A program made the position numbers and the translations under genes. The notes beneath the pieces were generated by a model. It was not told the origin of the DNA and searched no databases. It was given only the letters and a program-made list of their open reading frames with translations. DNA of 64,000 bases from Paraspadella gotoi (Eukaryota > Animalia > Chaetognatha), in the NCBI GenBank assembly GCA_051294375.1, contig CM119270.1, forward strand, positions 7,616,197 to 7,680,196, given 5' to 3'. This document shows positions 1 to 12,445 of the stretch, piece after piece. Each line of letters opens with the position of its first letter. Positions within the stretch are counted from its first letter, which is position 1.

Positions 1-2038
1 GAATTGGATATTAAGAGGGAATGTGGCTCTCTGCCAATGAGTTACCAGCCAGGGAAGTGAAATGTAAGAATTGGACTCAGGACTGTGTTTTGTGGGGGTC
101 CAGTAGGAGTACACTAGCTTGTTAGGTTAGGGTGAAAGTGTAGCTTTGCTCGGTTAAGATATAGTAATTGGGGTGAGAACCAAAGAAGTTCACGTATAAG
201 CGGATTAGCGGCATAGGTTAGACGTAATAGATAATCCCAAGCTTGGTTTGTTTGGGCCCCTTTAAAGGGTCTCAGGGATTGGAGAGGTTGAGGAGGCAAC
301 TTTGAGCTAGAAACCTCAATAGGCCAAGTCGACCTTCCATCTTATCGACTACTTTATTTTTGCCTTCACTGCGTAAACTTTTTTTAGAGTAACAGTCGTA
401 TATATCCTTGGGTTTAAGATCTAAAGAATCTTAAAATCCCTTTGACAGTTCTATTTGTTTAACCAGGATAGATAAAATTTTATTAAAAATTAAGCTGGAA
501 GTAGTTGAATTAGGGCCCAATTTGCTTAAAAAAATTCATTGAATTTTTAACTTGAAGCGCTTTTGAAATAATCATTATTTTATAAAACCTAAATTTATAA
601 ACCAAAAAAAAAATAGATTAAGTGGTGATTGCTGTTAAACCTCTATTTTTGATGTATATCTAAGTATTTGTCTGGTCTGAACAAACAGCCTATTTTTTCA
701 AAATCCTGAACCTTAAACAACCGGAAGTTGTTTCGACGCTAAACTTAGCGTTGGAAAATCACATAATGTAGCGTCCAGAATATAAATTTTTTATTTGCAT
801 GATTTTCTTTTTCTCCACAATTGGCACCAAGAAAACTTTTGCAGGGGTATCAGCACACTTTCGATAATAGTATGCGTGAGGAGTGTAGCAAGGCGACTGT
901 CACAAGATCTTCTTCCCTCCGCATTATGCACTTCCTTCTCTCTCGTTTCCCTCGACGGCTTCGGACGCAAGCCACGAGATCTTTTCCATTCTAGTTTCAC
1001 TTCCCACTTATCTCTCTCTTCCCGATTAAAGACCCATATTTCACGTTTCACCTCCTGTAATTACTTTATTAATTGGGTAGTTGCGTTTTTAATCATTACA
1101 TACGCTTCTCCCACTACTTCTCAGGTGGTTTACTTATAGCCCAGAGTCTTGATTTCCAGTATAATATTTGACAATGTTCATTTAATACCTTGGTTAGGGT
1201 CAATGTTAATTATAATTAATAAGATATTCGTAGCAGGGAATTCAAGTTCTATTGAGATATATTCTAACTCCATGAAGAAAATAGAAAGAAAAAAAAAGTA
1301 GAGTGATAATGATTATGAGAGAGAAGTCGAAGATGACAGAACGGACCTAGATACGATAAGAAGAAGAGAAGAGAAGCCAGAGACGAGAACCAGACGAGAG
1401 ACGAAAAAAGGAGAAAGAGAGGAGAGAGAGAGAGTAGTCCGATAAAAAAGAAAGAAAGAAAGAAAGAAAGAAAAGAGTTAGTGAGTTTTGATTGCGAATC
1501 CATGGATTTGGTTAAAGGGGTGATCGACCCTTTGTCGAGTGAGGAAAAGGAAACGAGCGATATTTTCTTTTGTTTTTTTCTCGTTTTTTTTTAGTTATAT
1601 TAACATTTTTAAACTAATCGGACATTCAAACGATTTTTTCTCTTCGTCAAATATTCAACCATAAACAAAAGAGTGACAATAACAATTCTAAAAAATATCG
1701 CTTTTTCCACTTTTCCTTTTTTTTTTTCGAGACAACGAGTAAGGTAATAAATGAAATCCCACAATGATTAATTCCGGATTAATTAACTTAATAGTAGAGA
1801 GGAACAACCTACCATAGGACAACGAAAAATCAACTGAGGTGGCGAGGTAGTGATCTTTTTTTTTTATATTGGAGAGGTGCAGGGGAAGGGGGGCAAAACA
1901 AAAGGCTATTCATTCCATGAGATTAACGAAATACGCGGCATTTAAACCGGGGAGCTGATTGAACAAAGCGCATTAAGTCGTTTGCCCTCACGGATTTATT
2001 TGAGTAGAGGTCATAAAAAAACCTTTTAATAACTTTCG

Positions 2039-2041
<3 letters not shown>

Positions 2042-2119
<78 letters not shown>
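2042..2119. repeat. (CT)n microsatellite, representative of many AG/CT arrays (e.g. 15936-16041, 17601-17729, 48292-48402, 58958-59010)
   Basis: Direct reading. Many N-gaps are flanked by AG/CT runs. Confidence 0.98.
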
Positions 2120-2121
<2 letters not shown>

Positions 2122-2128
2122 AACTCAC

Positions 2129-2242
2129 CTTCCGACTCGTTGGAGTCTCTCTCGTGGCAGGGTCGTTGTCTGAAGACCAACTTCCTGTCGTCGGCGCAGG
2201 CGTCGAGTCGAGAGTCGGGGTTGTTGCAAACGCGATAACCGT
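2129..2242 (-). CDS. Internal coding exon (5' part lost in gap 2243-2397) of a Cys-rich uncharacterised arthropod protein, DUF7042/PTHR22255-like
   Basis: Minus strand reads GYRVCNNPDSRLDACADDRKLVFRQRPCHERDSNESE, followed by a consensus donor AAG|GTGAGT (actcac at 2123-2128). A pyrimidine-rich tract enters the gap from the other side (2398-2440). The pattern C-x-NP-x-SR-x-D-x-C-x-DD-xx-L-xx-R-xxx-C-...-ES matches my recollection of this family; it was not database-checked. Confidence 0.7.
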
Positions 2243-3217
2243 NNNNNNNNNNNNNNNNNNNNNNNNNNNNNNNNNNNNNNNNNNNNNNNNNNNNNNNNNN
2301 NNNNNNNNNNNNNNNNNNNNNNNNNNNNNNNNNNNNNNNNNNNNNNNNNNNNNNNNNNNNNNNNNNNNNNNNNNNNNNNNNNNNNNNNNNNNNNNNNAAG
2401 AAGGGGAGGGGGTGTTGAGTAGTGGTAGGGCAGTTTAAATAAGTCAAAGAATATAAACTTTGCAAACAATTCAATTATTCATAATATTAGTAATATTAGT
2501 AATATTTGTAATAACTTTTAACCAAAATCCGCAATCGCTCGCTCGCTTTAAATCTTTACAACGCTCAGATGAATCAGTTTTCTCCTCTTTGTCCCGAGTT
2601 TGACTGAATTGATTGACTGAATTGATTGACTGAATGATTGACTGGCGAAACGGCGTCTGATTAAATTTTCCGCGAACCCGTTACGTCGAGAGCGACGGAG
2701 CAGCTGCGAAGTCCTGATTTGACGCCCACCCTTAAGTCTCCCCTTTTTCCCAACCCACTCAAAATTCCTTTTTGCCTTACCCAACGACCCCCCCACCCAC
2801 GAAATACCATAGCCCTCCCCCCCCCACACTCTCACTCTTCGATCTAAAATGGCCTCCCGATTCCGCCTCCTCTCTCCATTTCTACGCGATTTATGGAATC
2901 GATAAAAAGGCGGGAAATAAAAATGAAGAGAAAAAAAAAGAGCAAAACGAAAAATAAAAAAAAAGAGAAAAAGAGAAAAAGAAAGAGAAAATGGAGAAAA
3001 TAAAATTATAATTTGATTGAAAAAAAAAATCCAATCGCGAGAGGGCACGATTATTGTTTTTCTTTCTTCTGTGGACGAGTAAATGCAAAAAGGAAATGAA
3101 AAGTGAAACTAACAAATATCATAACCGATAACGAATGTTTATGATTGAGATGATACAAATATAGTCATCTAGAAATTATGAAAATAGGAACTCAACGAGG
3201 AAAATATCGACGCCACG

Positions 3218-3243
3218 GTCGTCGACGGCGACGACGACGACGG

Positions 3244-3292
<49 letters not shown>

Positions 3293-3327
3293 AACGACGG
3301 CGACGAAGACTACGACGACGACGACGA
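3218..3327. repeat. (GAC)n trinucleotide microsatellite (others at about 15489-15560, 15790-15825, 50347-50400, 54505-54535)
   Basis: Direct reading of gacgacgac runs. Confidence 0.95.
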
Positions 3328-3711
3328 AGCCAGTTCAAAAACTCGACTCAATCGCAATCGAGGTTCACTTTTCTCCAGAAACTTTTTGTAGCGTCTCCCG
3401 TCGCCGTCACCCGAGGAAGACAAAAGGAGGGAAGGTCTCGCGCCCCAGATGGCGTGCGGGACCGAGCCATGGGCAAGAATGAGTCTGCGCTGGACGGGTC
3501 AGGGCCAAGGGTACGAGCGGGTGATAGATCGTGAATGAGGAGGCCGAGCGATTTAGTTGCTTCATGTGAGGAAGCAAATATTGAAAACAAATATGGGTGG
3601 ACAATCATTTTAAATGAGGCCAAAAGGATGAAAAATTCCAGGCTAAAAGAAAAATTATATTTAACTCTATCTCTCTCGCTCTNNNNNNNNNNNNNNNNNN
3701 NNNNNNNCTCT

Positions 3712-3746
<35 letters not shown>

Positions 3747-5281
3747 CTCTCTTCTCTCTCTTCTCTCTCTCTCTCTCTTTCAACACATCTCTCTCTCATT
3801 GTTTATATTTCATAATTTAGAGGGTATTTTAATTTAGCGAAAAAAAATTCCGCGTTTCGATTTGGGTAACGAATTACAGTTCAGATAATCGTGTTTTTTG
3901 TTGTCATGAGATGAATAACTGACCTGTTCAATGACGATAGCACGCGATACGATTTAGAGATGGGATCAGAGAGGAAGTAGAGAGAGACCGACCTCTGAGA
4001 CAGAGACGTATCGTCAGTGACCTAATGTCCGGACGTGAACAGAGAGAGAGAGACGAGATCATCATGAACCTCGTGCCGATCGGAGGCACGAGAAAGCTTG
4101 GACTCGAGAACGAGTGACTCTGGGACTTCGAGAGTAGAGAGGATGAGATCTGTTAGTAAGAATGGCACGCTCACCAGCCGAAGTGAGTAAATCGCTTGCT
4201 CTAAATGATTTACGTCTATTGCTGTCTAGCTTTTCGGAATGTGCGTGTACCAATATATATTAAAACTATAAGTCCATCACGATAGCTAATATAATTCAAC
4301 CTTTTCTGATTCTCTTGAATAATTTCACTCGCCTTTCCCCCCCGGCCGCCCCCCTTCTATTTCTCGTCTCTCCCGGAACTCCACATTCTGTCAGCGCTCG
4401 GCGCTAGAAGGTGAGATCAGCCGCAGAAGCAGCGACGGCCGATTCCTCCCGTCACAAGCGAACAGAAGCCCGAGAGAACACCTCAGTACCGGCGATCGTA
4501 CGAGATGATGTTGCGAAGTTGTTCTATAAATCAAGTGGTTTTACAGATGGGGACAGTGTTATGGAGTATGTGGAGTGTAGTGCGGTATAGGGAGTGGTTG
4601 GCGATTTTGCGTCTGAAAGGGAGACAGGGCGCGGAAAAGGGGGGAGGGCGTGTGGCGATGAGGAGAGGGCGTTTCAACGACGACAAGGCACAGATGAAGA
4701 CGGATGTTCGAAGGTTTAAGAGATTACACGAATCGAGACAGTAATGCATAACTAATTTGAGGGCAAGATGAGGGCAGATGCACGGACGACCAGACCTTTC
4801 TTTCACGCGTGCGCTGGTACACTCTGCGGCGTGCTCGCCGGTAGTTTCTAGCGTCTAATGTAGCTTCAATACGTCATTGTGATTTCACGTTAAAATAGAG
4901 TTAGAGATAAATACAATAATAATTTATCCTTCGGTGGAAGCGCTTGTATTGTTAATTTGATTGCCAGAGTTCACATTATGAAGGTAGTTATGATGTAGAT
5001 TAATCCAACGATGACCGATTGCGCCATCGGATACACGTCACGTACACTTTTATTGAACATTGTCGAACCAATAAAATATTATCACTCATTTATCAATAAA
5101 GTGATTGAGATGTTCTGGGCGGAGTACATATAGTATTCCCCGATCTTAGTCTTTTTTCATACATTGAACATTAATTTATAACATTGTTTACCACAATTCA
5201 TTTGAGGTGAAGCAGTTACTTCTGGGGAGTCAATAACACGAGACTGAGAGAGTCTTTTGATGTGAAATCTTGCTAGGGACC

Positions 5282-8200
5282 TGCTATGTCATTATCTTGC
5301 TAAGAATTGATGGAAGGCCCTTATAAACCCACAAGCTGTCCAGTCAAGGGCTAAGATTAGCGATATTTATTAAACGATATGGATAATTTTTATTAATCGC
5401 TGTTGTGTCACCAATTTATTATTATTTTTTTATTCATCGTTTTAATTAGGTAAATTAATGTATCTTACCTGAGAAATTGCTAATTATTTTTCATAGAAAG
5501 AACTGACAAGAATGAAATCCCCCCCCTACTCCTTACCACCCCCCCAAACAAAAAAAGAGCCTTCACTTTTAACATTGAGGTAAAGGGGCGCGTCGCCCAG
5601 TGATGAGACGACAAACGGGAGTGTGGCAACGGTCTCGTGGGGGTTTTCGACCCCGCTGGGGACATTCTGCGGGGCTGACCGGGGAGTGACCTGTGGGGAG
5701 TGGGAAGGAGAAAGAGGGGATCGTTGGGAGGATAATGAAGGGAGACGCGGAAAAAAGAGTTTCATAATATAAGAATGGGTATTGGTTAAGCTACAATCTG
5801 TAATATTAAAGATAACATGCGGTTTTAGGATGGGCTTTGATTTAAGTTAATAAAGAATAGCAGGAGTTTATCTTGACTTAATAATACGCTTAAAGTGAAG
5901 CGTATACACGCCAAAAAAAAAACACATTTACAAATTTGCAACCAACTACATTTTTACATTTTGGAATTAAAAAACACGCGAAAGGAAATATCATTACTCA
6001 CTTTTCTTTTTATGAGGACGTTTGGATGACTTAATGGTGATAGACCGATGGCAAATCTGGAAGCAGCACGTTCTTTCTTCTCTAAAAAGATTTAAAATAT
6101 TTTTAATTAATCACTAGAATATTTGCATAACGGGCCATGAATAATTTCAGATTTGTTTTGGTGTTTCCAATTCAAATTACAATTTTACATGATAAAGTAC
6201 GATTCTTTTCATTTCGTAACAGAAGCATTTTTATTGGCTCCATTAAAAAAAAGGTCTTTAAATTTCGGTTTTCGTCAAAAATATACGCGAGCTGGACAAA
6301 AAAGGAATCATATTATAATAAACAAAAGGCGGATCAGTCTAAATTCTCCCTGAACATGACTGGAATCAATATAAAGACAAGCTTTCTCCAGGTAATAGAT
6401 TTTAAGATCTATTTTACAAAGGAATGAGAGGAGGTACAAATTATTTTAAATAAATTGGTTTTCCATAACTGCCTCACGTGCCCTAATCCTTCCTTCCCCC
6501 CTTCCCGATTTCCTCCCTCCCCCACCATATCCCTCTCCATTTTTCTCCCCCACCCACGCATCGGCACCATGTTTCTCGATCATAATATCTTGTCGCTCCC
6601 CTCCTGCGCTGATCGCATTTCTGCCCTTTTCGTGGAGATTTGACTGTGAGAAGATTCGAGATGAGGCCTCTGACTTAGATGGACCAGGTGGCCGCGCCAG
6701 GCCAGAGGGGAATAGTGCAGTGTGGTGGCGCCTGGTGGAGGAGAGGGAGATGAGAGAGGACAGAGAGCGAGGGAGACGCGTAGATGAGGCCGAAACAGAC
6801 CTCTGGCTGTCGGAGGTGAGACAGAAGGTGTGGCTGCCGAGCGAGATCGAAAAGATCGCGAAGAACACGGTCCCCGCGGGAGCAGCGCTGGTTCGCGAGC
6901 AGTACGCGGCATTCGAGTGGACAAGCCATGTGGGAAGTGACAAGCCGATGGTATATCGTTGCGGACTCTACTGAAAGAGAGGCACCGCCGCACTGAGCTG
7001 CTGCAGTCGTCACGGGTGAATTTCTCGACTGAGCATCTATGTCTTGTCGTCTCTAGGCGGAGAGACGCAGGATGTACGAGATCGATGCTGCTGGAGTCTC
7101 GGTTCAGAGGAGGGAGTAGAAGGGAGAGAGAGAGGATGTCACGAGAAGAAAATGTATATCGTCCCTCTTAAATAACACAAATCATTTTAATTACCATTTA
7201 GGAGCGAAGAGGCGGAATAATTCATAATATCAATCTTTCCGGACATTAATTCCATCAAAAAAATAATTTTATCGAACCATTATCATCAGACAATTTAGCT
7301 TAAATTAGGTTCAGCTTCAGACGCGGTCGCATTGCGCTCTATGTTTATTCTTTCTTTTTTTTTAGTAAATTTTTCGATTTCAATCTCTCTGCTCCGAAGA
7401 ATGTCTCAAATAAAATTAATCAAATCAAATTAATGAAAAAAGTACTAACTATGGGCCTTCGATCGAGATCCTAATAACTAGTCGCTTATCACTCACACTT
7501 AGAATTGCAAATTGACATTATCCAATCAGTATCCGAGGATAGGAGACGAAGAGAGGAAGAAAGGTGAAAGAAGGAGAAAGAAGGAAAAGAGGAGTAAAGG
7601 AAATGGAGGAAAGGGAGAAAAGTTAAAGTGTCAGAGGTAACTTAGTGTCATGAAGTGAGGTATGTACAAGTTGTACTGGAGTATAGTGGAAAGAAGAGAG
7701 AAAAAATATGTGTAAATAAAGGAGGAATATCGAAAAAGAACGAGAAGGATAGAGGAAGATATATGAGATTACACAGTGCAGTTAGCCAAGTATAAATCTA
7801 TAACAGAGAGCAGCAGAAAGCTCACGTTGGTTTACGCAGCGAAAGATCTGAAATAGTAGCAAAAGACGATGAAGAGATGAGAAAAAAAAGTTTAGCTGCC
7901 TCATATTAAGACTTCCCAAGGCCCTGGAAGAGAAACATTATATCGATGGCTCTCCCGAGGCGTCGCCCGAGGACCGATTTTTTAGAATCAACCCCGTATG
8001 CTCTTTTTTTCTGGGATCACACTATTCTATTTTGTTAGATTTTTTAATAATTTTTTTTTTCTTGCTTTTTAAGTTTTATTTAGCATAAGGATATAGTAAC
8101 TTTGTTTGATTTTTTTCTTTTTTTCCCTCCAACCTTCTTAACATTTAGCCTATTTTATTTTTTTTTACTTATTATCCTTGCGAAGGCATTATTTTCTCGC

Positions 8201-8843
8201 TAACTTCTTCCTATTAATCATCAAATATTACAACAATTTCCTTTCTTTCGTTTCTATCTTTCTCCTTATTTTAATATTTTTCTTCCACTTCCATTTAAAT
8301 ATATTTATCACTTGTCGTTCTTTCCTTCTATCTCTCTGGCTTCTTTTCTTCCTATCCTTCTTATCCTTTTTCCTCTTGTTTCTTCTTCTATCCTTTCTGT
8401 TATTTCCTCTTTTCCTTTCTATCGCTTCTTCGCTTCTTTCCTTCTTTCCTGTCCTATCCTTCCTTGTTCCTTTTCCTTCTATCCTTCCTCGCTTCTTTCA
8501 TTTTCTTTCCTTCTTTTTCCTCCTTTTGTCGCTTCTCCGATTCCACAGTAAGGCTTCTACCATGCATTAACGTTCGTCTGCTCGGAGCATATGCATGTCG
8601 TTTATAGTCATCGGTTGTGAGGGTCGCTTGTCTCCGCCGGCGGTTGCCATTGACAACTTAACTGGTGCCGATGTTGAGAGACGAGAGACGAGAGAGAGTG
8701 AGACGTCAAGTAGGCAGGACGCAGAGACAGGGAGAGAGACTGACGAGAGAGATGCAGTAGTGTAGATGTTCTAGACCAACCGTGAGAGATTATTGGATAT
8801 AGGCGTTCATCTCGTAACGAGCTTCTCTCTTCTGTGTTTGTTT
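5282..8843 (+). repeat. Tandem segmental duplication, copy 1 (insertion-rich)
   Basis: Colinear with 8864-11784 throughout (e.g. tgctatgtcattatcttg.., acgctaaagtgaagcgtatacacgcc, ..ataataacaaatcattttaattaccatttag, ..cgtaacga-cttctctct), with many 1-2 nt insertions. Confidence 0.92.
5567..5690 (-). pseudogene. Frameshifted duplicate of the 9127-9240 exon (probably an erroneous long-read copy)
   Basis: Same sequence and acceptor, but 124 nt with scattered insertions and a weakened donor (AAAA|GTGAAG). It lies inside the duplicated block 5282-8843. Confidence 0.65.
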
Positions 8844-9126
8844 ATCTCTCTCTTTTGTGGTTTTGCTATGTCATTATCTTGTAAGAATGATGGAGGCCTT
8901 AAACCCACAAGCCTGTCCAAAGTCAAGGGCAAGATAGCTTATTTATTAAACGAATGGATAATTTTTATATCGGTTGTACCAATTTCATAATATTTTTTTC
9001 ATCGTTTTAATTAGATAAATTAGTATTATACCTGAGAAATTGCTAATATTTTTTCATAGAAAGAATGAAAGAATGAAATCCCCCCCACCTCTCCTACCCC
9101 CCCCCCAAACAAAAAAAGAGCCTCAC

Positions 9127-9240
9127 CTTTGAACATTGAGTAAAGGGGCGCGTCGCCCAGGATGAGACGACAAACGGAGGGCAACGTCTCGGGGGTTCGA
9201 CCCCCGCGGGGACATTCGCGGGGCTGACCCGGGGAGTGAC
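9127..9240 (-). CDS. 114-nt internal exon of the same gene (upstream of the 2129-2242 exon)
   Basis: Long polypyrimidine tract plus CCCCACAG|G acceptor (ctg at 9241-9243) and AAAG|GTGAGG donor (cctcac at 9121-9126). The phase-1/phase-1 reading is GHSPGQPRECPRGGRTPETLPSVCRLILGDAPLYSMFK. The motif C-xx-I-x-GDA-x-LYSMF precedes the CxNPxS motif in the family as I recall it. Confidence 0.7.
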
Positions 9241-10167
9241 CTGTGGGGAGTGGGAAGGAGAAAGAGGGAGGTGGGAAGGATATGAAGAGACGCGGAAAAA
9301 AGAGATCAAAAATATAAGATGGGTATTGGTTAAGGTACAAAGTAATATAAAGATAACTCGGTTAGGATAGCTTGATAAAGTTAATAAAGAATAGAGGAGT
9401 TTATCTTGACTAAACGCTAAAGTGAAGCGTATACACGCCAAAAAAAAAACATTTACAATTGCAACAACTACATTTTACAATTTTAGAATAAAAACACGCG
9501 AAAGAAATATTTACTCACTTTCTTTGTATTGAAGGACGTTTGGATGCTTAATGGTGATGACGAGGCAAATGAAGCAGCCACGTCTCTCTCTAAAAAAGAT
9601 TTAAAATATTTTAATTAATATAGAATATTGCATAACGGCATGAATAATTCAGATTGTTGGTTTCAATTCAAATTACAATTTACATGATAAAAGTACGATT
9701 TTTGTTCTTTTCGAACAGAAGCTTTTATGCTCCATGAAAAAAGGTTTAAATTTCGTTTTCGTCAAAAATCCGAGCGGACAAAAAAGAATCAATTAAATAA
9801 ACAAAAGGCGCGATCAGTCTAAATTCTGCTGAACATGACTGGAAATCAAATAAAAGGACAAAGCTTTCTCCAGGTAATAAGATTTAAGATTATTTTTACA
9901 AAGGAATTGAGAGGGGTACAAATATTTAAATAAATTGGTTTTCCCAAACTGCTCAGTGCCCAACCCTTCTTNNNNNNNNNNNNNNNNNNNNNNNNNAAGA
10001 GAGTAGTGATCTTCGTGGCAGATTTGACCTGTGTAGAGAGTCGAGATGAAGGCTCTGACTTGAGACTGGAACCTAGGTGGCCGGGCGCCAGGGCGCAGGG
10101 AGGAAGGTGCAGTGGGTGGTCGCCGTGGTGGAGGAGAGGGAGAGAGAAGAGAGAGCAGAGAGAGAGA

Positions 10168-10218
<51 letters not shown>

Positions 10219-11214
10219 AGAAGGAAAATGTTTCGTCCATTAATAACAAATCATTTTAATTACCATTTAGAGAATAATTCATTAATAATCATCTTCCGGA
10301 CATTCAATCCATAAAAAAAAAAATATTTAATCGAAATTATCAATCAGACAATTAGCTTAAATTTGGTACTATTCCGACGTCGCATTCCGCTATGTTTTTT
10401 TTCTTTTTTTTAGTAATTTTTCGATTTTCAATCTCTCTCTCCGAAGAAGTCTCAATAAAATTAATCAAATAAATTAATGAAAAAAAAAAAACTGGGCCTT
10501 CGTCGAGAATCCAATATGTGCATATCAATGATTTGCAAAATTGAATTATCCAATCTATCCAGGGATTAGGAAGAAAAAGAGAGGAAGAAGGAAAGGGAGA
10601 AAGAAGGAAAAAGAGGAGAAAGGAAAGGAAAAGGAAAAAGGAAAGGAGGAATAGTGAAAGGAGGAATAAAAGTTGACGGAGGAAAGAAGGGGAAAAAATA
10701 GGAAATGAAAGGAGGAAAAAAAAGAAAGAAGGATTAAGAGAAGAGAGTTAAAAGTAAAAAAATAATCAAAAGAGAAAAGAAGATTGATTTAGAAAAATAA
10801 AAAGAAGCAAAAAGAGAGAGAGAGAGAAAAAAAAAAGTTGCGCCTCATATAAACTCCCAGGCCCTGGAGAGAACATTATATCGATGCCTCCCGGGGGCCG
10901 AGACCGATTTTTATCAAACCCGATGGTCTTTTTTTTTTCTGGGTCCATTTTTATTTTGTTAATTTTTAATTTTTTTTTTCTTGCTTTTTTAAGTTTTATT
11001 AAAGATATGTAACTTTGGTTTATGATTTTTTTCCTTTTTTTCCCTCCAAACCTTTCTTAACATTAGCCCTATTTTTATTTTTTTTTACTTACTAATCCTT
11101 GCGAGCATTTTTTTCTAATTCTTTAATCATCAATATACAACAATTTCCATTTCTTTTCCGTTTACTTTCTCCTTTTTAATTTTTCTCCCTTCCTTTCTTA
11201 TTTATTCAAACTTT

Positions 11215-11420
11215 CGTCGCTTCTTTCCTTCTATCTTCCTTGCTTCTTTCCTTCTATCCTTCTATCCTTCCTTGTTTCTTTCCTTCTATCCTTCCTCGCT
11301 TATTTCCTTCTTTCCTTCTATCCTTCCTTGCTTCTTTCCTTCTTTCCTTCTATCCTTCCTTGCTTCTTTCCTTCTATCCTTCCTCGCTTCTTTCCTTCTT
11401 TCCTCCTTTTCCTTCCTTTT
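11215..11420. repeat. Pyrimidine minisatellite, unit about 24 bp (ccttccttgcttctttccttctat)
   Basis: Several near-identical tandem units. A degraded counterpart lies at about 8315-8530. Confidence 0.8.
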
Positions 11421-12387
11421 GTCGCTTCTCGATCCAACAGAAGGTCTACATGATTAAAGTTCGTCTGCTCGGGGTCGTTAATCATCGGGGCGCTGCGGTT
11501 GCCATGACAACAACGNNNNNNNNNNNNNNNNNNNNNNNNNNNNNNNNNNNNNNNNNNNNNNNNNNNNNNNNNNNNNNNNNNNNNNNNNNNNNNNNNNNNN
11601 NNNNNNNNNNNNNNNNNNNNNNNNNNNNNNNNNNNNNNNNNNNNNNNNNNNNNNNNNNNNNNNNNNNNNNNNNNNNNNNGAGAGAGAGAGAGAGAGAGAG
11701 AGAGAGTCGAGTAACAACCTTGGCGGCTTTATGGATTAGGCGTTTCAATCATCGTAACGACTTCTCTCTCTCCCTGTGTTGTTTCTGTCGTTGGTGATCG
11801 GTGTGGATGACAAGCGATACAAAGAACAACACCAACAACAACAACAACAACAACGCCGACGAGAAAGTCTGAAAAAGAGAAGGGATCAAAAGAACCAAAG
11901 ACGAAATTAATTGTTTTTATTGACAGTTTCGTTGTGTGTTTAATTTTGTTAGCCTAATTTCCTAACAAAAATATTAAAACAAATAAAAAATAGAGAAGTG
12001 ACATGAGAGATTTAGACGAGAAGGGCGAAGATTGTTTCACGACCGAGAAAAATAAAACGATGAAAACATGAAAAAAAATAAAGAAAAAAAGAAAAAAAAT
12101 CATTAGAAACTGAGAAAATAATTACTTATGACTCTTCGCCGGAAATAGAGAAAAACCTTGTTTACGTCCATCTAAAAGTTTTTCAATAAAAAGGTTAGGA
12201 TAGAAAATTTATTTTTTTCTCTTTTTAGGCGATGATGAAATGATGAGGAAAGCTTTTTAGATTACATTATTTGATGACGCAATTATGCCTTATCTAGAAT
12301 CTTAGTACCTTTAAAGCTTTAAACCCTTCCACTTTGATGATTGCGGCAGCTAAGCAAAGAGGACCTCGACTCAGCAATATGGACAAA

Positions 12388-12399
12388 TACAACAACAAC

Positions 12400-12430
<31 letters not shown>

Positions 12431-12445
12431 AAACAACAACAACAA
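12388..12445. repeat. (CAA)n microsatellite
   Basis: Direct reading; it explains the poly-Q ORF. Confidence 0.95.

Larger units (their letters stand above)
8864..11784 (+). repeat. Tandem segmental duplication, copy 2 (cleaner, contains gaps)
   Basis: Colinear with 5282-8843; carries the intact 114-nt exon. Confidence 0.92.

Noticed and set aside
791-1139. Next exon of the DUF gene, or an independent small gene
   Set aside because: There is an open minus frame with a possible acceptor, but the peptide lacks the family motifs I would expect next and has no recognisable homology.
3178-3534. Protamine-like poly-Arg ORF (and other poly-ER, poly-SL, poly-Q, poly-T and poly-F ORFs)
   Set aside because: These are translations of GAC, AG, CAA and T-rich microsatellites.
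8873-8938. SECIS element (RTGA..AAA stem-loop)
   Set aside because: The 3' side lacks the required GA of the non-Watson-Crick quartet (it reads TCCAAAG). It is part of an interspersed repeat and antisense to the host gene.
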